Assembly: GCF_009914755.1 (NCBI RefSeq) | Contig: NC_060929.1 | Direction: 5' to 3' (one strand) | DNA length: 64,000 bases | Source: the human T2T-CHM13v2.0 reference genome, Homo sapiens | Shown: positions 30,700-42,799 of the stretch, piece by piece | How the letters are laid out: each line of letters opens with the position of its first letter | Numbering within the stretch: the first letter of the stretch is position 1 | The notes under the pieces: model-generated | Databases searched by the model: none | Told to the model about the DNA's origin: nothing | The model's input: only the letters and a program-made list of their open reading frames with translations | Translations under genes and position numbers: made by a program

Positions 30700-33593
30700 C
30701 CCTTAGATTCCTGGACCCATGAATCCTGGCCATGGGAGAAACAATACCGTATATTGGAAGGTGATTCAGAGCATACACAAACTTCTGGGGAAATTTGCCT
30801 CAGCCCTGCAAAGTATTGTCATCTGGTAGGCATTGTAATTGTCACTTCAGAAGGCCATTCCACCATTATATCAATCCAGCTGCTTCATGATGTTGGGGAA
30901 CATGGTAAGACCAATGAATCCCATGAGCATGAGCCCACTGCCACAATTCTGTAGCCACAAATTGAGTGCCTTGGTCAGAGGCAAGGCTGTGTGCAAGATC
31001 ATAATGGTGGATAAGGCATTCCATGAGTCCACAGATGATAGTTTAGTAGAAGCACTGCATGCAGGACAGGCAAACCTATATCCAGTGTAAGTGTGCATTC
31101 CAAGAAGGACAAACCTCTGCTCTTTCCCTAATAGAAGAGGTCCAATAGAGTCAACCTGCCACCAGGTGGCTGGCTGATCACCCCGAGGAATGATGCCATA
31201 TTGAGGGCTCAGTGTTGGTCTCTGCTGCTGGCAAACTGCGCAATCGGCAGTGGTACAGCCAGGTCAGAATTGGTGAGTGGAAGTCCATGTTGCGATCCCA
31301 TGTGTAACATCCAACCCTGTCACCATGGCCACTTTGTTCATGGGCCCATTGAGCAATAACAGGGATGGCTGGGGAAAGAGGCTGAGTGGTGTTCACAGAA
31401 TGTGTCATCCTATCAGCTTGATTATTAAACTCCTCCTCTGCTGAGGTCACCCATTGGTGAGCACTCACATGGGATACAAATATCTTCAGTTTTTTACCAC
31501 TCAGGGAGGTCCATACACATACCTCTTCTCCAAATTTCTTTGTCACCAATTTTCCAATCATGCTTCTTCCAAGTTCCTAACCATCCAGCCAAACCATTGG
31601 CTACAGCCCATGAATCAGTATATAATCTCACATCTGGCAGTTTCTCCTTCCATGCAAAGTGCACAACCAGGTGCACTGCTTGAAGTTCTGCTGACTGGGA
31701 GGATTTTCCTTCATTGCTGTCCTTCAGGGATGTCCTATAAAGGGGTTGTAGTGCTGCAGCTGTCCACTTACCGGTGGTGCCTGAGTATCATGCAGAACCA
31801 TCTGTGAACCAGGCCCTAGTCTTGTCTTCCTCTGTCAACTGATTATAGGGAACTCCCCAAGAGGCCATCAGTGCAGGCTGGGCAAGAGAAGGCAGGGTAG
31901 CAGGAATGGAGACCATGAGCATACTCCCTCATGTAACTTACTTGTGCTTTCAGGACCTGCCCAAGCCAGATCATATATATACCACTTCCATTTGATGATG
32001 GAATGCCCCTGTGCACAGCCCACTTATGGCTAGATGGGTCAGGAAGCACCCAGTCCATGATAAGCAGTTCAGGTCACATGGTGACTTAATGACCCATAGT
32101 CAAACATTCAGTTTCCACCAAAGCCCAGTAACAGGCCAAGAGTTGTCTCTCAAAAGGAGAGTAGTTATCTGCAGATGATGGCAGAAATTTGCTCAAAATC
32201 CTAGAGGCCTCTGCTGTAATTCACCTATGGGGGCTTGACAAAGGCTCCAAAGAGCATCCCTATCTGCCACTGACACCTCAAGCACCATTGGATCTGCTGG
32301 TTCATATGGCCCAAATGCCAGAGCAGCTTAGACAGAAGCTTGTACCTGTTGCAGAGCCTTCTCCTGTCCTGGACCCCACTCAAAACTGGCATCTTTTCAG
32401 GTCACTCGATAAATGGGCTGAGTATCACACCCAAAAGAGGAATGTTTCCTTCAAAATCTAAATAGGCCCACTAGGTTTGTGCCTCTTTCTTAGTTGTAGG
32501 AAGGGTGAAATGCAGCAACTTACCCTTCACCTTAGAAGGAATATTCCAATAGGCCCCACACCACTGGACCCCTAGAAATTTTACTGAGGTAGAAGGTCCC
32601 TGAATTTTAGTTGGATTTATTTCCCATCCTCTAGCACACAAATGTTTCACCAATAAGTTCAGTGTGTTTGCTACTTCTTGCTCACTGGATCCAATCAGCA
32701 TAATGTCATTAATAAAATGGACCAGTGTGAAATCTTGTGGGAGCGAAAAGTGATCAAGGTCTCTCTGAATAAGATTATGACACAAATCCGGAGAGTCGAT
32801 ATACCCCTGAGGTAGGACAGTAAAGGTATATTGTTGGCCTTGCCAGCTAAGGCAAATTGCTTCTGGTGGGCCTTATAGACAAGAATGGAGAAAAAGTCAT
32901 TTTCCAAGTCAATGACTGCAAACCAGGTATGAGGAGATGTGTTAATTTGCTCAAGCAATAAAATCACGTCTCATACATCAGCTGCAATTGGAGTCACCAC
33001 TTGGTTAAGCTTACAATAATCCGCTGTCATTTTCCAAGATCCATCTGTCTTCTGCACAGCCCAAATGGGAGAGGTGAATGGGGATATTGCGGTGGGAATC
33101 ACCACGCCTGCGTTTTTCAAGTCCTTGATGGTGGCACAAATCTTTGCAATCCCTCCAGGGTTGTGATATTGTTTTTTATTTACTATTTTTCTAGTTAGCA
33201 GCAGCTCCAGTGGCTTCCATTTGGCCTTTCCCACCATAATAGCCCTCACCCATCAGTCAGGAAGCCAATATGGGGGTTCTGCAAGCTGCAAAATGTGTCT
33301 ATGCCAATTATGCATTGTGGCACTGGGGGAATGACCACAGGATGCGTCTGGGGATCCACTGGACCCACTGTAAGTCAAACCTGAGCTAAAATTTCATTAA
33401 TTATCTGACCTCCATAAGTGCGTACTTTAACTGGAGGACCACACTGACGTTTTGGATGCCCTGGAATCAACATCAGCTCAGAGCCAGGGTTCAGTATTCC
33501 CTGAAATGTCTGATCATTTCCCTTTCCCCAGTGCACAGTTACCCCGGTAATAGGTCGGAGGTCTCCGTGGGGAAGGATGGGAGAAAGATTCAC
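30700..33593 (-). pseudogene. pol: HERV-L pro-pol (protease, RT, RNase H, integrase), multiply frameshifted
   Basis: Protease ILNPGSEL (from LDTGSEL); RT PFTSPIWAVQKTDGSWKMTADY and [10 protein letters not shown] (YIDD changed to FIND); RNase H YTDSWAVANGL. Confidence 0.92.
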
Positions 33594-33714
33594 TGCATAA
33601 ATTATTGGTAGTGTACTGTGGGTCCTTTCTCAAGGGAACCTGGCCTCCCCTTAATTTAAGGGGTTCTGGGTCTGTAAACTGGCTCAAGGCTGGAAATTGT
33701 TTGAGAGAACACTA

Positions 33715-35370
33715 TTATCTATTTTTATAATTCAAATTAGTCTTTTGTCCATTTGACCTAGAAATTTTCTGCTTGTATAAATTAAGTAGCAGTGCAGTAG
33801 GCTTCCTATGAATTTCACTTCTAGGAACACCATGATTAATTAGCCAATGCCAGAGCTCAACATGAGTCAGACTATTCTGATAGCTGCTTTGCCTCTGCTG
33901 TACCTTACGGTAGCTACACATACCTTGTCTTTGACAGTTGAGTGCCACCACTTGGCCCCTGCCACCTTGCGATCCAATTATTCTCACTGTATTTAAATTT
34001 TGTAGTTAGGTGACTGTGGTTCTTACTGCTTTATCTGACATAGAAGAGCAATTACAGGGCTCTTCAAAGATGCAGGTGCTGCCCTCACAAACCTATTTCA
34101 CAAAGCACTGATCAAAGGTATATCTTCTGGACTCTTCCAGCTGGGAAGAGTAGGTCTAAAGTGACTAATCCACTCCACCATCCCAATCTCCCTAAGCCTT
34201 TGGATCCCTTCCTCTACATTAAACCAAGGGAGATCAGGCATCTCCAGCTCATTCAAAGTGGTACATCTTTTAATCCATATTTCAGGTAACCAAGCAGATA
34301 GACTATTATCACCTTTTTCAACTTCGTGAGCTGCAAGATTAAATGCAGAATCCCTACATAGGGGGCCCAAGTTAATAAATTTAGCTGATTCAACTCTATG
34401 ATTCTTCCACCCTTACCCCACACCCTTAATATCCATTCCCGTGCCTGTTCTCCAGATTTCTGCTTATATAAATTAGAAAACTCAAGCAGTTCCTTTTGAG
34501 TGTAGCACACCTTCTCATGGGTCACACTCCGAAACTCACTTCTATGGGCCCACGGGGACTCTGGTCTACTTTAGTTCTAGAAGCAAATAGGGTAGCTCCT
34601 TAGGAGAATCAACAGTATCTTGTCTGGCAACTGCCTCAGCGAAGGCCATCACTGTTGCCTCAGCAGTGCAGGGTTTATACCCTCAGACAAAGGTGGAAAA
34701 GCTGATAACAGCATGGGTCAGGAGGGGATGTTGCCACTACTGGGGATGGAGAAGCTGTTTCTTCTGGCAAAATAGATTCATCATAGTTTACAAGCTCAGT
34801 ATACCCAGCTTCATCAGGGTCCTCCCACACATCCACTTTCGAAGTTGCAGAGTCCCATACTTTTTCAATCAATGGCTTTACTTTAACAAAAGACAACTGG
34901 TGAGGCTGTGCATGCACCTTTTGCTGCAGGTCAGCTGCTCCCATAATAGGAGCTAGTGTCTGTTTTTCCACAATTTCAGCTCTTTCTCTACAGGAGATAA
35001 GACTCTCACTCAGGGCAATCTTAGCAGAGTTGAGGCTCAGTATCTGCTTCTGAAGCTGGGAGTTAGAATCTCTGAGCTCATTATTTTCTTTTATCACTTT
35101 GTCCAGTGAACTTAGGAGCAATCAACTGACTTTATTACGGGTCTTCGTTCTCCACATATGGTCAAAGGTATTATGTATAGAGTCACTAAACTCCTTGCCT
35201 CTCATGAGCAGTGCAACAGGAGTGTCAAATGCATTTATTTTGCATAACTCTCTAAACAATTCATGCCAAGGACTATCGGTGTTCTCCATACTATTATAAG
35301 TAGTGTCCTTAGCATTTTGGGGTCTAATCATATTAAGCAGCAACTCCAGAAAACTCAAAAACCAATGAAA
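33715..35370 (-). pseudogene. gag: HERV-L gag, multiply frameshifted
   Basis: ENTDSPWHELFRELCKINAFD; YTQKELLEFSNLYKQKSGEQAREWILRVW; PWFNVEEGIQRLREIGMVEWI. Confidence 0.9.
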
Positions 35371-36094
35371 TAACTCCACCCTTAATATTGTTTCCTCTAG
35401 AACCACTCCTGGTACCAAAATCTCTATTAGTCAGTGTTCTCTAGAGGGACAGAGCTAATTGGATAGATATACACATAAAGGAGCATTTATTAAGTAGTAT
35501 TAACTCACATGATCCCAAAGTCCCTCAATAGTCTGTCTGCAAGCTGAAGAGCAAGGAAGCCAGTCTGAGTCCCAAAGCCAAAGAACTTGGAGTCCAATGT
35601 TCGAGGGCAGGAAGCATCCAGCCGGGGAGAAAGATGCAGGATGGGAGGCTAAGCCAGTCTAAGCTTTTCAAGTTTTTCTGCCTGATTTATATCCTGGCCA
35701 CTCTGGCAGCTGATTAGATGGTGCCCACCCAGAATAAGGTCAGGTCTATCTTTCCCAGCCCACTTACTCAAATATTAAACTCCTTTGACAACACCCTCAC
35801 AGACACACCCAAGATCAATACTTTGCATCCTTCAATACAATCAAGTTGATAGTATTAAACATCACAACCTCAAACTGTTTATTAGTGAAATAGCATACTA
35901 CTGTGAAACTCATGTTTCACAGGGAGACAAATGAATTGGATATTAAGAAACAATTAAATTAAATTGAGATTAAAATTCAATAACATTGTATTAAAATACA
36001 GTATGTCAGTGCTTATTATAACTAAGACATTCTTAAGACAAACATCATAGCCTTAAATATATACATATATTACAAAAATTATATACATTTTCCA

Positions 36095-36330
36095 AAGTTA
36101 ATTACCAATACCTAATGAAAGATCCAGGAAGCCCAGTGAACACTAAGCAGAAGAAGTCAATAAATCTATACAAACACATATTTTATTTAAATTACGAAGA
36201 ACCAAATGCAAAGATACAATTTGAAAGAAGAGAGAAAACAATGACCAAAAACTTACCTACAAAGTAGTAAGAATGAGAATTACATTGAACTTCTCTTAAT
36301 AAACTATTCAAATAAGATGAGAATGCAGTG
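36095..36330 (+). mobile_element. Old L1M ORF1 fragment
   Basis: GATCCAGGAAGCCCAGTGAACAC...AATGAGAATTACATTGAACTTCTC. Confidence 0.6.
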
Positions 36331-36399
36331 TTTTCAGTAGAATAGCTGTGGAACATTTATGGTTATGGTTGCAGGAGAAGGATGGTCATATCTGTTTCT

Positions 36400-37260
36400 C
36401 TTATTACACGTTTCTTCTAGTTCATATTCAAGGGTTACAGGCTCTAGGTAAATTCTTATTGGATCAGCCACTAACATCTTCTGAATTCTAAATTACTATC
36501 TGAAGGTATGCTAAATTCTTTATCCATAAAATTTTCTATAAAACTAGATTTTTTGGAAAATAGCATTAAAGGCAACAAAATGAAAAAAAAGATAATGGTG
36601 GAAAAATATCTCAGGATGAAAAGCATCTTCCCATATAATTATAGGCAAACCCCATCTTTTCACAACAATACTAGCCTTCTACAGCTTCACATTCAAGAGA
36701 AATAACTGAGTGATAGTACATCTGATGGGCTCCTGTCTTTGATGCTATGAAAACAATTTAAAAAATCCTCCAAATATATTAATAATAAATAACACCATTT
36801 CAAATATTCCAACTGATTTGGATTAATGCTTATGAAGCATGATTTTAGATGTCTGCTTAGTAATTCTTGTATGCAGCCTATATATTTCTCTGGCATTTAT
36901 CTAACCCATCACTATGGAACATTGTGATATTTAGTCAGCTCTCTTGATACATGGCCTATTTGATCTGGATCCTCAAGTATCCTGCCCAGATAGAATTTAG
37001 ATGGTGTTTTTAATCACCATCTAGTACTGACATTTTATTACGCCATTCCAGTGAGCTCTTCCTTCTTCTTTTCCATGAGTGATATATGAGGTTTTCTTAT
37101 GGCAGAGAATGAAAAGATTCTTTATAAATTTCATCTTCAGTAAGAGACTTCTCTCTTAATACATATTTCATACGCTATAGAAGGCAATCTACCTTTTTCT
37201 TGGAGCACCTTATCAGAATTGAAAATTACATTGGCCATCTCCTGTTTGATGATGTCATAA
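36400..37260 (-). pseudogene. Possible highly decayed Ser/Thr kinase (CAMK/AMPK-related) pseudogene fragment
   Basis: Collinear short motifs in mixed frames: REI, LEYL-NG, H, NVKL, PEIF, LP, IQKMLVADP; catalytic motifs not recognisable. Confidence 0.25.
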
Positions 37261-38149
37261 TCCAAAAATTATATATACATACAAGGAATGGTAGACTGCC
37301 AAACATTTCATTTCTCTCCTCAAACTGTGCCTGCATGTTAATGTGACATAGCTTTTAAGAAAGCTATTAATAACACAAAATAACAGACAGACAAAGAAAA
37401 CTTGCATCATAAAAAAAACAAAAAACCTTCAATTCTGGTGTCCTATGATATTTACATGGAAAAATATGTTTATGTTTTGCATGTTAAATTTATTTGGTAT
37501 GAAGAATCACTAATTTTAACCCACACATAACTATTTGCTTAGTATTATAATTAGCTGCTCCATTCACCAACTTTTGCTTTTAAACATGCTTCATAGTTAT
37601 TTTCAATAAGGCGTATGTTCTTGGATTAATTTTCTTTTCCTAAGAGAAAATACATTTTTAGAATCAAGCCTTTGTTCTTCATATGTCTCTGAGTTAAATA
37701 CATAGGTTTTTATCTATTAGTGTTTAAATTAAAGTATCTTGAAATGTACCAAGATATGTTCAAAAGAATTCATGAAGGTCATCAATTGTTGAATTGAATT
37801 TTAAAATTTTAATAATATGTGGGCATTCATTTATATAATTACTGATAATCTTAAGTGAAAGGCAAAATATCAAATATAAATGTGCTGGTTGAATCAGTTT
37901 AGTACCAACAACAGACTTAATATTTCACCTCAATTCAATAAATACTCCTTGGGCTCCTTCTGACTTTAAATCTACATGATAATAGTTGTATGTAAGAGGT
38001 AATAACTCCTACCAAAATGATTACACCCAGGGCTTTCTCTTCAAGATATTGGTGACAAAAGGATTCAACCCCAAACTCATCTTTCAATGAAAGCTGATTT
38101 TTTTTAAATTAAAACACATGATTTTCTAACTTAACTTTTGTAAAGTATA

Positions 38150-39700
38150 TATTCCAACTTTGTGCCATTTTTAATTCAATTGATTGTTTCTCAATTATTT
38201 ATGGGAGCTGATTTCTATGTTATCATTACTAATCTTTTTCAAACACAATAGTACATATCTCTTTCATTATTGTAACTTGCCCTTTGATTCTCCTAATTGT
38301 GAAATTTTGATGCTTATTCTTAATGTTACTGAAGTTCAATTTATTAATATTATCCTTCAAAGTCATTCCTTTTGTAATTTTAACTATATCAAGTTCAAAA
38401 AAGATATTCTAATCATATGATCAATACTGAATTGATTAATTAGTAGTTTTTTCATATAGCAATGTAAAACTCATAATTTATTTTATTTATATAAAGCTTT
38501 TCAATTCATCCTTCACTATTTATTTTTGGAAAGGACACTTCTCCCCCATTGTAATTTACAGGAATGTTTTTATAACTTTGATGACTATACATGTATTTAT
38601 CTATATCTGGACTAACTTCCCAGGTCCTTTGGTCAATTTTTTTTTATATTTACATCATCATCACCTTGTTTTAATTATTGATACTTAATGATAATTTTCA
38701 ATATATGGTCCTATACATCATCCAACATTACTTTTCTTTTCCCAAGAATGTTTTTGCTATGACCTTAGTGGTTCTATAGTCACTTTAGGTCAATATGTTA
38801 TTTTCCACCCATATTTAAAATGAGCCTACTAAATCCTAGCAAAAAGCCTTTTGGAATATTTCTGGGAATTTAATTGAACTCATACGTTATTTCATGGGAA
38901 TGAAATATGCGTCCAGCTCACTTATTGATGAAAATCATCTCTTCACATCTAATCCTAGCTTTATATAGCATCATATTCTAAGGCAATCACTGAGTGGTGG
39001 CATATCTGATTGGGTGCTTTCTTTGAGGCAAACATGCCAAAAATTAAGTAAATGTAAATAAAGCCTACAAACACATTAATGATTAATTAATAATGAATTT
39101 AAGTAATAATAAAGAATTCAAAGCATTTCCACTTATTTAAAATAATGCTTTTGTAGCACTGATATTTTTACAGTATTGACACTTTCAGACCATGACGATA
39201 ATATACTCCTACATTTTTAATTAGTTTATATCATTTTTTGGAGGATAGCCTATATTTAGTAAAATGTATAACATGAAATAATATTATGTATATATGTTAA
39301 TAATTTGCTACCTACTAATCCTTACCAAAAAAATTTTCCAGCATCCCATTAGGTTTCCTGGCACACATTATTAGTCTATAGCTCCTGGCCCAGTATAACC
39401 ACTCTTCTGACTTCCACAAGTATCAATTTGTTATGACCCTTTGTGAAAATAATTAAATAGAATCATCAAACATGTACTATTTTATTTGTGGCCCCCATCA
39501 CTCAAAATAACATTTTTGAATTTCATTCATGGTGTCATGTGAACACATATACATATACATATGCATATACATATAAAGTATTTTTATTTAATATTTATTT
39601 GTGTAGCTTATCAAAATTTATTTATCCATTGGTATGTTAGTGGGAATTTTGGTTGTTTTCCATTTTTGAATTATATGAACTAAGTTGAAGTGTGGGCAAA
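38150..39700 (-). mobile_element. Old L1M (L1ME-like) relics
   Basis: T-rich antisense ORF2/3'UTR-like segments at ~38150-38900 and ~39230-39700. Confidence 0.55.
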
Positions 39701-40357
39701 GTTGAAACACCACTTCATTTAGATGACTAAATTCTTTATTTAATCAATAATTTTTGAAAAGTTAATCTTCTATAGGATCTCTTCCTTCTGGCATGATGAT
39801 GTATTTCTCAGCCTATTTCACTTTACTGTAGCCTTTTAACTCAGATAAATTTAAATAAATATATACCATGCCCAGTTTTCTCCTTGCACTTCTGGTTTTC
39901 CCAAATGAAATATTGTAATTTTATAGCAAAGAAGTTATATAACTTATTTGCAAATATAGAAGTGGGGGAAATTATAATGATTAATGGGTGTCTATGAATT
40001 GATACATGGAACTAATCCTGCTATACTATCTTCCACCCTCCAGGGTTGAGAGAAGAAACACTTACGAGAATATCGTACATAAAAATCTCTCTACCACAGT
40101 CTTTGTATGTTCGGTATGGTTACATGTTCACATCTCTGACTGCAATCAATATATTGATAATTATCACTTTATCAAAGACCATATTCAAGCATGTGCTTGA
40201 TTATTCTTTCTTCCATATGACTACTGTTTGATGTGCTCTCAATTGAAACATCCCACACATAGTAAATATCCTTAATGTTATTAAACTATGAGGGATTTGG
40301 CGTTGAAATACTATTGTTGCATATTTTGTTAAATTTTGTGTCACTTTTTGATGTTAT

Positions 40358-42629
40358 TGATATGGCTTGGCTTTGCGGTCCCACCCAAATCTCATCCTGA
40401 GTTGTAGTTTCCATAATCTCCATGTATTGTGGGAGGGACACACTGGGAAGTAATTGAATCATGGGGGCAGTTAACCCCATGCTGGTCTCGTCATAGTGAG
40501 TTCTCATGTAATCTGGTGGTTTTATAAGGGGCTTTCCCCCTTTGGCTTGGTACTTCTCTCTCCTGCCACCATGTGAATAAGGACATGTTTGCTTCCCCTT
40601 GTGCCATAATTGTAAGTTTCCTGAGGCCTTTCCAACCATTAGAACTGCGACTGGTTAAACCTCTTTTCTTTATAAGCTACCAAGTCTTAAGTATTTCTTC
40701 ACAGCAGTGTGAGAATGGATTAATACAATAAATTGGTACCAAGAGTGGGGTGCTGCAGTAAGGATACTCAAAAATGTGGAGGTGACTTTGGAACTGGGTA
40801 ACAGGCAGAGGTTGGGACAGTTTGGAGGACTCAGAAGAAGATAGGAAAATGTGGGAAAATTTGGAACTTCTTAGAGACTTGTTGAATGGCTTTGACTAAA
40901 ATGCTATGGACAAGGAAGTCCAGGCAGAGGTGGTCTCAAATGGAGATGAGGAACTTATTTGGAAATGGAATAAAGGTGATTCTTGTTATGTTTTGGCAAA
41001 CAGACTGCTGGCGTTTTGCCCCTGCCCTAGAGATCTTTGGAACTTTGAAATTTAGAGAGATGATTTAGGTTATCTGGTGGAAGAAATTTCTAAGCAGCAA
41101 ATTGTGTGAGAGGAAGCAGAGCATAAACATTTGGAAAATTTGCAGCCTGATGATGTGAGATAAAATAAAAACCCATTTTCTGGGGAGAAATTATAGCCAG
41201 CAACAGAAATTTGCATAAGCTATGATAAGTTGAATGTCAGTTGTCAAGCCAATGGGCAAAATGTCTTGAGGGCATGTCAGAGACCGTCGTGACAACTCCT
41301 CCAACCAAAGGCCTGGAGCCTAGGAAGAAAAAATGGTTTCCTGGGCTAGGCCCAGGGCCCCCTGCTCTGTGTGTCCTTGGGACATGGTGCCCTATGTTCA
41401 GCTGCTTCTGCTCTAGACATGTCTAAAAGGAGCCAAGGTACAGCTTGGTACACTGCTTTTCAGTGTGCAAGCCCCAAGCCTTGGCTGCTTCCATGTGGTG
41501 TTGACCCTGTGGGTGAACATAAGTCAAGAATTGGGGTTTGGGAACCTCTGCCTAGATTTTAGGGAGTGCATGGAAATGCCTGGATGTCCAGGCAGAAGTT
41601 TGCTGCAGGGGTGGAACCCTCGTGGAGAATATTTGCTAGGGAGCGCAGAAGGGAAATATGGAGTTGGCACTCCCACACAGAGTCCCTACCAGGGTACTGC
41701 CTAGTGGAGCTGTGAGAAGACGGCCACCATTCTGCAGACCCCAGAATGCTAGATCCACTGACAGCTTGCACCATGCACCTGGAAAAGCCATAGGCACTCA
41801 ATGCCAGCTTGTTAAAGCAGTTGGAAGAGGGGCTGCACCCTACTAAGCCACAGAGTTGGAGCTGCCCAAGGCCGTGGGAGCCCACTTTTAGCATCAGCAT
41901 GCCCTGGATGTGAGACATGGAGTCAAAAGAGATTATTTTAAAACTTTAAGGTTTAATGACTGCTCTATTGGATTTTGGACTTGTGTAGGCCCTGTGGTCC
42001 CATTGTTTTGGCAAATTTCTCCCATTTGGAACAAGTGTATTTACCCAATGTCTGTACCCCCATTGTATCTAGGAAGTAACTAACTTGCTTTTGATTTTAC
42101 AGGCTCATAGGTGGCTTGCCTTGTCTCAGATGAGACTTTGAACTTGGACTTTTGGGTTAATGCTGGAATGAGCTAAGACTTTAAGGGACTGTTGAAAAGG
42201 CATGATTGTCTTTTGAAATGTGAGAAAGAAGAGATTTGGGAGGGTCTAGGGTTGGAAAGATATGCTTTGGCTCTGTGTTCCCACCCAAATCTTATCTTGA
42301 ATTGTAGTTCCCATAATCTCCATATGTCATTGAGAGACCTGAAGGGAGGTAATTGAATCATGGGGGCAGTTACTCCCATGCTCTTTTCTTGACAGTGAGT
42401 GAGTCGTGAGATCTGATGGTTTTATATGAGGCTTTTCCCATTTTGCTTGGCATGTCTCTCTCCTGCTGCCATATGAAGAAAAACATATTTGCTTCTCCTT
42501 CTGCCATGATCGTAAATTTCCTGAGGCCTCTCAAGCCATGTAGAACTGTGAGCCAAATAAACCTCTTTCCTTTATAAATTTCCCAGTCTCGGATATTTCT
42601 TCATCACAGTATGAAAACAGACTAATACA
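40358..42629 (+). mobile_element. Complete THE1 (THE1C/D-like) MaLR provirus
   Basis: LTRs 40358-40727 and 42258-42629 (TGATATGG...TAATACA) flanking ~1.5 kb THE1-int; no clear TSD. Confidence 0.95.
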
Positions 42630-42799
42630 ACTAAACTAAATAAAGAAGTCAAATATCATTCTCTCCTTTTCATTTTCTCTAAGATATTTGACATTATTGC
42701 AATTGTCTGTATGGATAATTAGTACACATTTACCTTGAAAGCATAGTGCCTTTCTGAGATGACACTTAAATGTAGGTATACATATATACATAATTATAA

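Larger units (their letters stand above)
29020..35866 (-). mobile_element. Near full-length HERV-L provirus with MLT2A(1)-type LTRs
   Basis: LTRs 29020-29788 (3') and 35423-35866 (5'); PBS-region GATTTTGGTACCAGGAGTGG; PPT next to the 3' LTR; gag-pol-dUTPase order; no env. Confidence 0.95.

Noticed and set aside
30392-35370. Domesticated HERV-L gag/pol (Fv1-like) gene
   Set aside because: All frames are fragmented (longest 148 aa) and catalytic motifs are mutated
36998-37023. TAGATGGTG...CACCATCTA 9-bp stem-loop
   Set aside because: An isolated short hairpin with no RNA-gene or terminator context
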